A stretch of DNA of 64,000 nt from an uncultured Bacilli bacterium. Lineage in GTDB: Bacteria > Bacillota_I > Bacilli_A > RF39 > UBA660. Below are positions 11,308 through 21,345 of this stretch, piece after piece. Position numbers and translations under genes: made by a program. The notes under the pieces are model-generated. The model saw only the letters and a list, made by a program, of their open reading frames with translations, was not told the origin of the DNA and ran no database searches. Location: NCBI GenBank assembly GCA_947632405.1, contig CANRPE010000001.1, forward strand, positions 42,095-106,094. The letters are read 5' to 3'. The stretch's first letter is position 1. The number at the start of each line of letters is the position of its first letter.

Positions 11308-11991
11308 TTATTTTTTTATAAATACTTTTGGTATTTCATAACTTTCAATTTCTTCTTTTGTTGGTAATTTTGCTCCATCAAAACCAAAATCTGTTATATA
11401 TATATTTCTATATTGACAATAATTTTCTGAATTTACTGCTTGTAATAAAAATTTGGCATTTTCAAGAGAAAATACAATCTTACTATAATTAGATTTTGAA
11501 TTTAATTGACTTTCTTCACTTGGTAAAATTTTTCCATCTGTATAAAATTTTCTAATATTAATAATTCTTTCAAAAAAATCTCTATAAATATAACATTCAT
11601 ATTTATTTTTAAAATCTTCAATAAAATTTATATCTGATACTTTAAGTTTTTCCAAAAGCTTTGCATTTTGTAAATATAAATCTAAAAGAGAACTATTTTC
11701 TTTAATTTTTTTCATTATTTCTAATAAACCATTTTTAGTAAAATCTATTCTTTTATATTTTTCTTTATTTTCACTTAAATATTTTATTATATTTTTATTT
11801 TTTTGTTCTAAAATAGATAAATCATTTTGTCCATTATTAAATAGAGTCTGCCTAATTAATAAATTTTGGTTTGAAATTTTCTTTAGATCTTGTAATAAAT
11901 TTAAAACAGAATCTACACCTTCATTTTTAACATATTCTAGTAAATTTTTATATCCTGTACTTTCTAATTCAATATTTGTAATTATATTCAT
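11308..11991 (-). CDS. hypothetical protein (227 aa) between dnaN and comK
   Basis: Long ORF with no motif I recognise. It sits where Bacillus has the small yaaA (S4-like) gene but is much larger. Confidence 0.5.
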   Translation of the reverse strand: MNIITNIELESTGYKNLLEYVKNEGVDSVLNLLQDLKKISNQNLLIRQTLFNNGQNDLSILEQKNKNIIKYLSENKEKYKRIDFTKNGLLEIMKKIKENSSLLDLYLQNAKLLEKLKVSDINFIEDFKNKYECYIYRDFFERIINIRKFYTDGKILPSEESQLNSKSNYSKIVFSLENAKFLLQAVNSENYCQYRNIYITDFGFDGAKLPTKEEIESYEIPKVFIKK

Positions 11992-12002
11992 TTTTAATAT
12001 TC

Positions 12003-13133
12003 CTAATAAGTTCTAATTGGTAAAACTAATTGAGTTAAAGTTTCATCTTCACTAGATTTAACTAAAATAGGTTTAATTTCTCCTACAAAATGAAGTTCAA
12101 CATTTTCTGTTTGAAAAGATTTTAAAGCTTCCATCATATATTTAGCTGAAAATGATATTCTTATATCTTCTTGATTATTTTTCTTAATTTCCATTTTTTC
12201 TTCTACTCTACCTATTTCTTGAGAAGAAGATTTTAATGTTAAAACATTTCCATTTGTTTCTAAAGTAACTATATTTTTTTCTTTATCACTAGTTAATATA
12301 CTTGCTCTATCAATAACATCATATAAATCATTTAAATTTGTATAAATAATTAGAAATTGATCATTTGGTATTAAATTAGAAGTATTTGGATAAGTTCCAT
12401 TAATTAATCTTGATTGAAATTTAATATTTTTATAAACAAATAATATTTTATTTCCAGAAATATTCATTTCTATATTTTCTTTTTCATCATCATCTAATAT
12501 TTTACTAAATTCCATAATATTATGACTTGGTATAACGATATTGTAATTTTCTTCTGTTGATTTTTCTAATTTTACTATTTTTCTTGCTAATCTATATGAA
12601 TCTGTAGAGTTACATTCTAAAATGTCCCCTACTACATTGAAATTAATTCCTGTTAAAACAGGTTTTGTTTCTTCATTTGAAGAAGCAAATGCTGTTTGAT
12701 TTACAATATTTTTAAATACTTTATTATTTATTAATAATTTATTTTTACTTTCATCTAAATTAATATTAGGATATTCTTCTTCACTAATACCATTTAAATT
12801 AAATTCACTATTTTCTGTATAGATTAATATTTTTAATTCATCAATAACTTCTATATTAATATATTTATCAGGTAATTTTCTAACTATATCTAATATATAT
12901 TTACCTTGAATAATAATAGATCCTTCTTTTTCTACTTTAATATCATCTTCATTATTAATATTAATAAAAGTTTGAATAGTAATGTCATTATCACTAGCTG
13001 TTAAAGTTAATCTTTTCTTTTTTAATTCAAATTTTATTCCTGCTAAAACAGGTATTAAATTTTTTGTAGATATAGCCTTAGATACTTTATTTAAAGCTTC
13101 TAATAATATTTCTTTTTTAATAGTTAATTTCAT
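12003..13133 (-). CDS. dnaN: DNA polymerase III beta sliding clamp
   Basis: 376 aa with a three-domain clamp pattern, directly downstream of dnaA. Confidence 0.9.
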   Translation of the reverse strand: MKLTIKKEILLEALNKVSKAISTKNLIPVLAGIKFELKKKRLTLTASDNDITIQTFININNEDDIKVEKEGSIIIQGKYILDIVRKLPDKYINIEVIDELKILIYTENSEFNLNGISEEEYPNINLDESKNKLLINNKVFKNIVNQTAFASSNEETKPVLTGINFNVVGDILECNSTDSYRLARKIVKLEKSTEENYNIVIPSHNIMEFSKILDDDEKENIEMNISGNKILFVYKNIKFQSRLINGTYPNTSNLIPNDQFLIIYTNLNDLYDVIDRASILTSDKEKNIVTLETNGNVLTLKSSSQEIGRVEEKMEIKKNNQEDIRISFSAKYMMEALKSFQTENVELHFVGEIKPILVKSSEDETLTQLVLPIRTY

Positions 13134-13261
13134 ATATATTCCTTCTTTCTTTTTTTTATATTTTTATATTATTACTGTGGAAAAAGTTAATAACTAATAT
13201 TTTTCTTATTATTTTTAGAAAAATTAAATTTTTTTATTGTGGAAAACTTGGGAAATTTTAA
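13134..13261. promoter_or_regulatory. oriC part 2: dnaA-dnaN intergenic region with DnaA boxes and an AT-rich unwinding region
   Basis: TGTGGAAAA DnaA-box variants at about 13176-13184 and 13239-13247. The adjacent T/A-rich tract 13141-13175 is a candidate DNA unwinding element. Confidence 0.6.
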
Positions 13262-14647
13262 CTAATTATTAACATTACCACTACCTATATCTTTTTTTAA
13301 TTTATCAATAATTTTTGCTAAATCTGGATTTATTTTTATTTCTTGTTCTATTTTTTCTACTGAGTGCATAACTGTAGAATGATCTTTTCCACCAAATTCT
13401 GTTCCTATTTTAGGAAATGATTCACTAGTCATATTTCTACATAGATACATTGCAATTTGTCTAGGAAAAGAAATATTTGAACTTCTTTTTTTACTTTTTA
13501 TATCTTCAACGGTAATTTGAAAATATTCTGAAACTATTTTTTGAATTCTATGAATATCATTTTTTTCTGAAATTCCTTTATTAATAAAATCTTTTAATGC
13601 TTCTATTGCTAAATCAAGTGTAATTTCTACACCACCCATGATTGTAGAATAAGCAACTAATCTAGTAATTGATCCTTCTAATTGTCTAACATCAGTACCT
13701 ATATTTGATGCAATATATTCGATAACATCATTAGGAATTTCTTTTTCAAAATTGCCAGCTGATATTTTTTTTCTAATTATTTCAGTTCTTAAAGAAAAAT
13801 CAGGAGGAAAAATATTAACTGTTAATCCCCAACAAAATCTTGTTCTTAAACGATCTTCTAATAATTTTAAATCGTCTGGAGAACGATCTGAAGATATTAT
13901 AATTTGTTTACTATCATTATATAATTTATTAAAGGTATGAAAAAATTCTTGTTGTGTTTGAGTAGCTCCTCCTAAAAATTGAATATCATCTATTATTAAA
14001 ACATCAACATTACGATATTTATTTTTAAAAAAGTCTACATAATTGAAATTAGTTCCTTGATCATCTTTTTTATTAATACCAATAAAATCTTGAATAAATT
14101 GATCACTTGTTACATATAAAACTTTTCGATTACTATTATTTGAAATATAATTTCCGATAGCGTGCATTAAATGAGTTTTTCCAAGACCACTATTTCCATA
14201 TATAAATAAAGGATTATACATATTTCCAGGATTTTCAGCTACAGATAAAGCAGCCGCATGAGCAAATTTATTACTATTTCCAACAATAAAGTTTTCAAAA
14301 GTATATTTATTTTTTAAATTTGATTGGAATGAGTTAGGTGGAACTCCTTTATCTTCTTTTTCAATTACTGTTTGCTCTTGTAAATTATTTAATTTGTCTA
14401 TTTCATCATTTAAAATAAATTCTAATTCAAAATTAGTTCCAGTAATTAAATTAAGTTTATCTATAATAAAGGAAGAATATTTGTCAGCTAAATGTTTTTT
14501 ATGGATTTGCATTGGGACAATAATAATGGCTTTACTATTTTCTAATTTATATAAATTAGTATCTTTAAACCAAGTATCATAGGCTAAACTAGAAAGTTCA
14601 TCTTTTACTTGTGTTAAAAAGTTAGCCCATAATACATCAACATTCAT
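13262..14647 (-). CDS. dnaA: chromosomal replication initiator DnaA
   Basis: 461 aa with AAA+ Walker A GNSGLGKTHL, Walker B LIIDDIQF, and a C-terminal DnaA-box binding HTH (GGKDHSTVMHS). Confidence 0.95.
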   Translation of the reverse strand: MNVDVLWANFLTQVKDELSSLAYDTWFKDTNLYKLENSKAIIIVPMQIHKKHLADKYSSFIIDKLNLITGTNFELEFILNDEIDKLNNLQEQTVIEKEDKGVPPNSFQSNLKNKYTFENFIVGNSNKFAHAAALSVAENPGNMYNPLFIYGNSGLGKTHLMHAIGNYISNNSNRKVLYVTSDQFIQDFIGINKKDDQGTNFNYVDFFKNKYRNVDVLIIDDIQFLGGATQTQQEFFHTFNKLYNDSKQIIISSDRSPDDLKLLEDRLRTRFCWGLTVNIFPPDFSLRTEIIRKKISAGNFEKEIPNDVIEYIASNIGTDVRQLEGSITRLVAYSTIMGGVEITLDLAIEALKDFINKGISEKNDIHRIQKIVSEYFQITVEDIKSKKRSSNISFPRQIAMYLCRNMTSESFPKIGTEFGGKDHSTVMHSVEKIEQEIKINPDLAKIIDKLKKDIGSGNVNN

Positions 14648-14699
14648 ACAACCATCTCCCCACCAAGTTCATTAATTACCAATAGTGTACATTAATTTG

Positions 14700-14880
14700 T
14701 TGAAAAAATAAATAGAAAAATCAGAATTTTTTCTTTGCACAATTATTCCACAAAATTATTAACAAACAAAAACCTAAAGAAATAAGAAAAAAAGTAAGTT
14801 TTCCACATTTTCCACAAATTTTTAATTAACATATTAAAAAAAATTATAAACAGGTCTGTGGAAATTGTGAATTATTTTAG
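14700..14880. promoter_or_regulatory. oriC part 1: DnaA-box cluster upstream of dnaA
   Basis: DnaA boxes: TATTCCACA at 14744-14752; tandem TTTTCCACA at 14799-14807 and 14808-14816; inverted TGTGGAAAT at 14858-14866; and a weaker TGTGAATTA at 14866-14874. Confidence 0.65.
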
Positions 14881-14897
14881 AAAAAGTCAATAATTAA

Positions 14898-14927
14898 TTG
14901 ACAAAACTAATTATTTATTATTATAAT
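14898..14927 (+). promoter_or_regulatory. sigma-A type promoter for rpmH-rnpA
   Basis: TTGACA at 14898-14903, an 18-nt spacer, and TATAAT at 14922-14927. It lies about 30 nt upstream of the rpmH ATG. Confidence 0.55.
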
Positions 14928-14956
14928 AATGTAGATTTATGTCTGGAGGTGGAAAA

Positions 14957-15079
14957 ATGAAAAGAACATATCAACCAAATAATCGTAAAAAAGCAAAAAA
15001 ACATGGATTTTTTGCACGTAAATTAACAAATATATTGAATAATCGTCGTCGTAAAGGACGTAAAAATATTTGCAAATAA
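14957..15079 (+). CDS. rpmH: 50S ribosomal protein L34
   Basis: My translation gives [40 protein letters not shown] (40 aa). It is preceded by a GGAGGTGG Shine-Dalgarno and is missing from the ORF track because of its size. Confidence 0.85.
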   Translation: MKRTYQPNNRKKAKKHGFFARKLTNILNNRRRKGRKNICK

Positions 15080-15124
15080 TCCACTAGTTTTTAACAGTGG
15101 TTTTTTACATTTCAGATAGGGGCT

Positions 15125-15466
15125 ATGAAAATGAAAAAAAAAGATATTGTCAAAAGTAAAATAGATTTTAATAATATAATAAAAACAGGAAAATCTGTTT
15201 CAAACAATAGCTTTGTTATATATTATAAAGATAATGATAAGAAACATAGTCGTTATGGAATATCAGTAGGAACTAAATTAGGAAATGCTGTTTTTAGAAA
15301 TAAATATAAAAGAAAAATAAGAATGATTATTACAACAAATAAGCTGATTTTAGAACAAAAAAAAATAGATATTATTATTATTTTTAGAAAAAACGGTTCT
15401 AATTTAAGTTATGAACAATTAGAAAAAAAATTTGTGGAATTAGCAAATAAAATAAAGGAGAATTAA
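15125..15466 (+). CDS. rnpA: ribonuclease P protein component
   Basis: 113 aa basic protein immediately after rpmH. Confidence 0.85.
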   Translation: MKMKKKDIVKSKIDFNNIIKTGKSVSNNSFVIYYKDNDKKHSRYGISVGTKLGNAVFRNKYKRKIRMIITTNKLILEQKKIDIIIIFRKNGSNLSYEQLEKKFVELANKIKEN

Positions 15467-16399
15467 ATGAAACTAAAAAATAAAAAGAAATTTCTTTTAA
15501 TTTTATTAATATTATGTTTAACTACAGGGTGTACAAAAACATTAACAGATAGTAAAAATAAACCAGTTAAAGATGATATTACAGGACAAAATTTAACAGA
15601 AAATATATTATGTAAACCAACTAATAAAAATATTATAAAATTATATGAAAAGAACAAAGTAAAAATTTCAAAGTTACCAGAATGTGATGATTTTAAAATA
15701 AATAGTGGAAAATATGAAGGATTATGGACATCTTTATTAATTAAACCTTTATCTTTTGTCTTATTAAAATTAGGAAAATTAATAGGAAATTATGCTTTAT
15801 CTTTAATTATTATTAGTTTAATTATTAGAATTATAGCATATCCATTTACTAAAAAAACAGCAATGCAATCGGAATTAATGCAAAAAGCTCAACCTGAATT
15901 ATTAAGAATTCAAAATAAATATAAAGATAAACAAGATCAAGAATCATTAACTAGACAAAGTCAAGAAATGATGAGTGTTTATAAAAAATATAATATTAAT
16001 CCAATGTCTGGTTGTTTATTTTCAATGATTCAATTACCTTTATTTATAGCGTTTTTTGAAGCTGTTCAAAGAACACCAGCAATTTTTGAAGGAAAGTTTT
16101 TAGGATTACAACTTGGAACAACTCCAATAATTGGTTTTTCTTCTTCAAATTTAATAGTTTATCTTATTTTAGTAGTTATCATAGGAATTACAACTTATTT
16201 TTCATTTAAATTAAATGCTGCTGGAAATACACTAGATCCAAGTATGGCAATGATGCCAGTTATGATGGTTGTAATGATAATTATTATGTCATTATTTATG
16301 CCATCTGCTTTAGGAATCTATTGGATTACTACGAATTTATTTACTGTGATTCAGAATTTATTAGTGAAAAGGAGTAAAATAAAATATGGAAAAGCATAG
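15467..16399 (+). CDS. yidC: membrane protein insertase YidC/SpoIIIJ (lipoprotein type)
   Basis: A lipobox LTTGC after the signal peptide and a conserved 60-kDa insertase core. It occupies the rnpA-yidC-jag position. Confidence 0.9.
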   Translation: MKLKNKKKFLLILLILCLTTGCTKTLTDSKNKPVKDDITGQNLTENILCKPTNKNIIKLYEKNKVKISKLPECDDFKINSGKYEGLWTSLLIKPLSFVLLKLGKLIGNYALSLIIISLIIRIIAYPFTKKTAMQSELMQKAQPELLRIQNKYKDKQDQESLTRQSQEMMSVYKKYNINPMSGCLFSMIQLPLFIAFFEAVQRTPAIFEGKFLGLQLGTTPIIGFSSSNLIVYLILVVIIGITTYFSFKLNAAGNTLDPSMAMMPVMMVVMIIIMSLFMPSALGIYWITTNLFTVIQNLLVKRSKIKYGKA

Positions 16400-16991
16400 T
16401 TATATAGGAAAAACAAAAGAAGAAACTATTAAAGAAGCAATCTTAGATTTACAAGAAACAGAAGAAAATTTAATTATAAATGAAATTTCAAAAAAAACAG
16501 GTTTATTTAAAAAAGTAGAAATAGAAGTAATTGAAAAAAGAGAAGTCATTAAATTTATAAAAAGTCAAATTTATGAATTATTAAAAAACATGGGGATAAC
16601 TGCTAATATAGAAATAACTTCTAGTAATGATATTCCTAAATATACAATTATCTCTGATGAAGATTCATTAATTATTGGTAAAAATGGAAAAAATTTAAAT
16701 GCATTATCTATTATAATTTCACAAATAGTAACTAAAGAAATTTCAGCACCTTTTAAATTTGTTATAGATGTAGGTGAATATAAATTAAAAAGAGAGAAAA
16801 AATTAGAACGTTTAGCACGTAATATTGCAAGAGAAGTAAAAAATTCAAAGGTAGAAACTAAATTAGATTCCATGAATTCATATGAGAGAAGAATTATTCA
16901 TAATGCATTAAAGGATAACAAGTATGTATATACAGAAAGTATAGGAGAAGAACCTAATAGATCAGTAGTAATAAAACCAAGAGAAGATTAA
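16386..16991 (+). CDS. jag: Jag/KhpB RNA-binding protein (KH and R3H domains)
   Basis: 201 aa with an R3H motif YERRIIHNAL, downstream of yidC. Confidence 0.85.
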   Translation: MEKHSYIGKTKEETIKEAILDLQETEENLIINEISKKTGLFKKVEIEVIEKREVIKFIKSQIYELLKNMGITANIEITSSNDIPKYTIISDEDSLIIGKNGKNLNALSIIISQIVTKEISAPFKFVIDVGEYKLKREKKLERLARNIAREVKNSKVETKLDSMNSYERRIIHNALKDNKYVYTESIGEEPNRSVVIKPRED

Positions 16992-17064
16992 ACTCTTGCT
17001 TTTCTTTTTAAATAAAAATAATTATAAAAAATATTATATTTAAATATAAAAAAGGAGAAGTACT

Positions 17065-18426
17065 ATGAATGATACAATAGCAGCCATATCTACTTCATTA
17101 GGAATAGGAGCAATTTCTATAATTAGAGTAAGTGGTAAAGATTCTATAAAAATTGTTAATAAAATTTTTAAAGGACCAAATTTAGAAAAAGTAAAAACTC
17201 ATACTATTAATTATGGATATATTGTTGAAAATGAAGAAATAATTGATGAAGTTTTGGTATCAGTAATGAAAGAACCAAAAACTTATACTCGAGAAAATAT
17301 TATAGAAATTAATTGTCATGGTGGTATTGCAACTACAAATAGAATTTTAAATTTAATATTAAAAGATAATGTAAGATTAGCTGAACCAGGTGAATTTACT
17401 AAACGAGCTTTTTTAAATGGAAGAATAGATTTAACTAAATCAGAAGCAGTAATGGATTTAATAGAAAGTAAAACAGAAAGTGCTAGAAAATTAGCAATTA
17501 ATCAATTACAAGGAAATACTTATCAATTAATTAAATTATTTAGAAATAAATTAAAAAATTTAATTTCATCGATTGAAGTAAATATAGATTATCCAGAATA
17601 TTATGATATAGAAGTAATTACTATTGAAAAAATAAAAAAAGAAGTAAAAAAAATGAAGCAAGAATTAGCTAATATTATAGAAAAATCAAAAAATAGCAAA
17701 ATTATTAAAACAGGAATTGATACTTTAATTATTGGAAGACCAAATGTTGGTAAAAGTAGTATTTTAAATAAATTATTAGGCGAAGAAAAGGCAATAGTAA
17801 CTGATATTGCAGGAACTACAAGAGATTTAGTAGAGGGTCAAATTACATTAAATAATATTGCTTTAAATATAATAGATACTGCCGGTATTAGAAAAACAGA
17901 TAATAAGGTAGAAAAGATAGGTGTAGAAAAAAGTTTATCTTTAATCGAAAAGGCAGATTTAGTAATAGTAGTTTTAAATGGAAATGAATTATTATCAGAT
18001 GAAGATAAACAAATATTAGAAAAAATAGAGAAAAAAACAACAATAATAGATATTAATAAAAACGATTTACCTCAAAAAATAAATTTAAATCAGTTAGAAA
18101 CTTATAGTCATAATATAGTAAGTACCAATACTAATCAGTTAGAAGGTATAGATTCATTAAAAAACAAAATAATTGAAATGTTTAATTTAGAAAAAATAAA
18201 TATAAAAGATTATAATTTTTTAACTAATGTTAGACAAATAACTTTAGCCCAAAATGCTTATAAAAAATTAGGAGATGTTCAAAAAGGAATAGAATCTAAT
18301 TTTCCAATTGATATGATAGAAATAGATTTAAGAGCGTGTTTTGATTTATTAGGAGAAATTATAGGAGAAACTTATTCAGATGAAATAATAGATAATTTAT
18401 TTAAAAATTTTTGTGTTGGAAAATAG
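17065..18426 (+). CDS. mnmE: tRNA modification GTPase MnmE
   Basis: 453 aa with G-domain motifs GRPNVGKSS and DTAG, and the C-terminal CxGK end (CVGK). Confidence 0.95.
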   Translation: MNDTIAAISTSLGIGAISIIRVSGKDSIKIVNKIFKGPNLEKVKTHTINYGYIVENEEIIDEVLVSVMKEPKTYTRENIIEINCHGGIATTNRILNLILKDNVRLAEPGEFTKRAFLNGRIDLTKSEAVMDLIESKTESARKLAINQLQGNTYQLIKLFRNKLKNLISSIEVNIDYPEYYDIEVITIEKIKKEVKKMKQELANIIEKSKNSKIIKTGIDTLIIGRPNVGKSSILNKLLGEEKAIVTDIAGTTRDLVEGQITLNNIALNIIDTAGIRKTDNKVEKIGVEKSLSLIEKADLVIVVLNGNELLSDEDKQILEKIEKKTTIIDINKNDLPQKINLNQLETYSHNIVSTNTNQLEGIDSLKNKIIEMFNLEKINIKDYNFLTNVRQITLAQNAYKKLGDVQKGIESNFPIDMIEIDLRACFDLLGEIIGETYSDEIIDNLFKNFCVGK

Positions 18427-18457
18427 AATTAAATAAAATATATAGGAAGTGTTGTAA

Positions 18458-20338
18458 ATGGATTATGAAGTAATTGTAGTAGGAGGAGGACATGCTGGAT
18501 GTGAGGCAGCTCTTGCAACAGCTAGACTTGGTCATAAAACTTTATTAATAACAGGAAATATCAATAATATTGCTGATATGCCATGTAATCCATCTATTGG
18601 AGGTCCTGCTAAAGGAATAGTAGTAAGAGAAATAGATGCTTTAGGTGGTGAAATGGGCAAAAATGCAGATAAAGCAGCAATTCAAGTAAAAATGTTAAAT
18701 ACAAAAAAAGGTCCTGCAGTTCAAGCTTTACGTGCTCAAGAAGATAAAAATATATATCCAAAAGAAATGTTAAAAACATTACAACAAACTAAAAATTTAG
18801 AAATAAAAGAAGCATTAGTAGAACATTTAATGTTAGAAAATAATAAAATAAAAGGAATTATTTTAGAAAATAATCAAAAAATAGAATCTAAAATAGTAAT
18901 ATTAACAACAGGTACATATTTAAAAGGTACAATTTTAATTGGATCAACAAAAACTCCAGGAGGACCTCATGGAGAAAGACATTCAAAATTTTTATCAGAT
19001 GATTTAAAAAAAATAGGATTTAATATTTTACGTTTAAAAACAGGAACACCACCAAGAATAGATAAAAATAGTATTGACTATGAAAAAACTAAAGTAGAAA
19101 CAGGTGATTGTAAAGAATTAACATTTTCTTTTGATAATAAAGCATATTATAATTATCAGGAGCAAACACCATGTCATTTAATTTATACAAACGAAAAAAC
19201 TCATCAAATTATTAAAGATCATTTAAAAGAATCTAGTATGTATGGTGGTTATGTTGAAGGAATTGGTCCTAGATATTGTCCTTCTATAGAAGATAAAGTA
19301 GTAAGATTTTCTGATAAAGAACGCCATCAATTATTTTTAGAACCTGAAAGTAATCAAATAGATGATAAAACTTATGGAAATACAATTTATATACAAGGTT
19401 TTTCAACTAGTATGCCCCAAAAAATTCAAGAAGAAATGGTACATAGTTTAAAAAGTTTAGAAGAAGCAAAAATTTTAAAATATGCTTATGCCATTGAGTA
19501 TGATGCCATTGATTCAAAACAACTTAAACAAAGTCTAGAAACTAAATTAGTTGAAGGATTATTTACAGCTGGACAAATTAATGGTACAAGTGGTTATGAA
19601 GAAGCAGCAGGTCAAGGATTAATTGCTGGAATAAATGCTTCGTTAAAATTAAAAGGAAAACCTCCACTTATATTAAAAAGAAATGAATCTTATATAGGAG
19701 TATTAATTGATGATTTAGTAACAAAAGGAATAAAAGATCCTTATAGATTATTAACATCTCGTGCAGAATATCGTCTTTTACTTCGCCATGACAATGCAGA
19801 TCTTCGTTTAAGAAAATATGGATATGAAGTAGGATTAATAAATGAAGCAAAATATAAACAATTTAAAACTAAAGTAGAAAATATAAATGAATTAACTCAA
19901 AAATTAAAAACAACAAAAATAACTCCTAAAAAAGAAGTAAATGAATATTTAATTAAACAAAAAAGTAGTCCATTAAAAGATGGTATTAGTTTATATGATT
20001 TATTAAAAAGACCAGAAATTAATATAGAAAATATAAAATATTTTATCAATATAAATTATAATATTGAAGTAATAGAACAAGTAGAAATAAATGCAAAATA
20101 TGAAGGATATATCAATAAAGCTTTAAAAGAAGCACAAAAAATGTTAGATTTAGAAAATAAATTAATTCCAGAAGATATTGATTATAATAATATTCCAAAT
20201 ATAGCTAGTGAAGCAAAGCAAAAACTAAGTGAGATTAAACCAACAACTATTGCTCAAGCATTGCGAATTAGTGGAGTAAATCCAGCTGATATTTCTATTT
20301 TAATGGTTTATTTAAAAAAAAGAGGTCAACATGAATAA
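18458..20338 (+). CDS. mnmG: tRNA uridine 5-carboxymethylaminomethyl modification enzyme MnmG
   Basis: 626 aa with the N-terminal FAD-binding motif VIVVGGGHAGCEAA. Confidence 0.95.
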   Translation: MDYEVIVVGGGHAGCEAALATARLGHKTLLITGNINNIADMPCNPSIGGPAKGIVVREIDALGGEMGKNADKAAIQVKMLNTKKGPAVQALRAQEDKNIYPKEMLKTLQQTKNLEIKEALVEHLMLENNKIKGIILENNQKIESKIVILTTGTYLKGTILIGSTKTPGGPHGERHSKFLSDDLKKIGFNILRLKTGTPPRIDKNSIDYEKTKVETGDCKELTFSFDNKAYYNYQEQTPCHLIYTNEKTHQIIKDHLKESSMYGGYVEGIGPRYCPSIEDKVVRFSDKERHQLFLEPESNQIDDKTYGNTIYIQGFSTSMPQKIQEEMVHSLKSLEEAKILKYAYAIEYDAIDSKQLKQSLETKLVEGLFTAGQINGTSGYEEAAGQGLIAGINASLKLKGKPPLILKRNESYIGVLIDDLVTKGIKDPYRLLTSRAEYRLLLRHDNADLRLRKYGYEVGLINEAKYKQFKTKVENINELTQKLKTTKITPKKEVNEYLIKQKSSPLKDGISLYDLLKRPEINIENIKYFININYNIEVIEQVEINAKYEGYINKALKEAQKMLDLENKLIPEDIDYNNIPNIASEAKQKLSEIKPTTIAQALRISGVNPADISILMVYLKKRGQHE

Positions 20339-20969
20339 TGAAGAATTTAAACAAGAATTAAAGAAACTAGGAATAGAATTAACAAAACTTCAAGAACAAC
20401 AATTAGAACAATTTTATGAAATTTTAATTGAAGAAAATAAAAAAATAAATTTAACTAGAATAACAGCTAAAGAAGAAGTTTATTTAAAACATTTTTATGA
20501 TAGTTTGACTATTGCTAAAGAAATAGATTTAACAAAAATAGAAACTTTATGTGATGTAGGAACAGGAGCAGGTTTTCCAGGAATAGTATTAAAAATAGTA
20601 TATCCTCATTTAAAAGTCACTTTATTAGATTCTTTATTAAAAAGAGTTAATTATCTAAATCAAACTATCATAAAATTAAATCTAAATAATATAAAAGCTA
20701 TTCATATAAGAAGTGAATCATATCAATCAAAATTTGACTTAGTTACAGCCCGAGCAGTAGCTAATTTAGAAAAACTTCTTGGTTATACAATGCATTTAGT
20801 AAAAAAAGAAAAATATTTTGTTGCAATGAAAGCAAATATTACTGATGAATTAAATATAGAAGATAAAATATTTAAAAAATATAACTGTAAAATAGAAAGA
20901 ATTAATCAATTTCTTCTTCCAAAAGAAAATAGTAATAGATCATTAATTTTAATTAAAAAGTTGAAATAG
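20331..20969 (+). CDS. rsmG: 16S rRNA (guanine527-N7)-methyltransferase RsmG
   Basis: 212 aa with the SAM-binding motif DVGTGAGFPG, downstream of mnmG. Confidence 0.9.
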   Translation: MNNEEFKQELKKLGIELTKLQEQQLEQFYEILIEENKKINLTRITAKEEVYLKHFYDSLTIAKEIDLTKIETLCDVGTGAGFPGIVLKIVYPHLKVTLLDSLLKRVNYLNQTIIKLNLNNIKAIHIRSESYQSKFDLVTARAVANLEKLLGYTMHLVKKEKYFVAMKANITDELNIEDKIFKKYNCKIERINQFLLPKENSNRSLILIKKLK

Positions 20970-20990
20970 AAATAAACCAATTTCTATTTT
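20957..20990 (+). terminator. rho-independent terminator after rsmG
   Basis: A 10-bp stem AAATAGAAAT/ATTTCTATTT with loop AAACCA, followed by a T-run. Confidence 0.6.
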
Positions 20991-21059
20991 TTATTTGAAT
21001 AAAATTATATTTAATGATATTCTAATACTAGGATAATAAAAAAGAATGGAGAAATAAAA

Positions 21060-21326
21060 GTGAATAATGAAAAATACTTACCTTTAGGAACAATAGTAAT
21101 GTTAAATGGAGGTAAAAAAAGAGTAATGATTACGGGATATTGTTGTAAAACAAAAACAAGTGAACAAATTTATGATTATACAGGTTGTTTATATCCAGAA
21201 GGATATATTTCTTCAGATAAAATGTTAGTATTTAATCATCAAGATATAGAAAAAATAGATAGTTTTGGTTATATTGATGAGGAATTTAATAATTTTAAAA
21301 ATCTATTAAATAAATTAAATCAATAA
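21060..21326 (+). CDS. DUF4176-like small protein, paralogue 1
   Basis: 88 aa. The N-terminal EKYLPLGTIVMLNGGKKRVMITGY matches the LPLGSVV..L..G..K.MI.G signature I associate with DUF4176 (type VII locus associated). It is 45-50% identical to the next ORF. GTG start. Confidence 0.55.
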   Translation: MNNEKYLPLGTIVMLNGGKKRVMITGYCCKTKTSEQIYDYTGCLYPEGYISSDKMLVFNHQDIEKIDSFGYIDEEFNNFKNLLNKLNQ

Positions 21327-21345
21327 AAAGGATGTGATTTTCATT

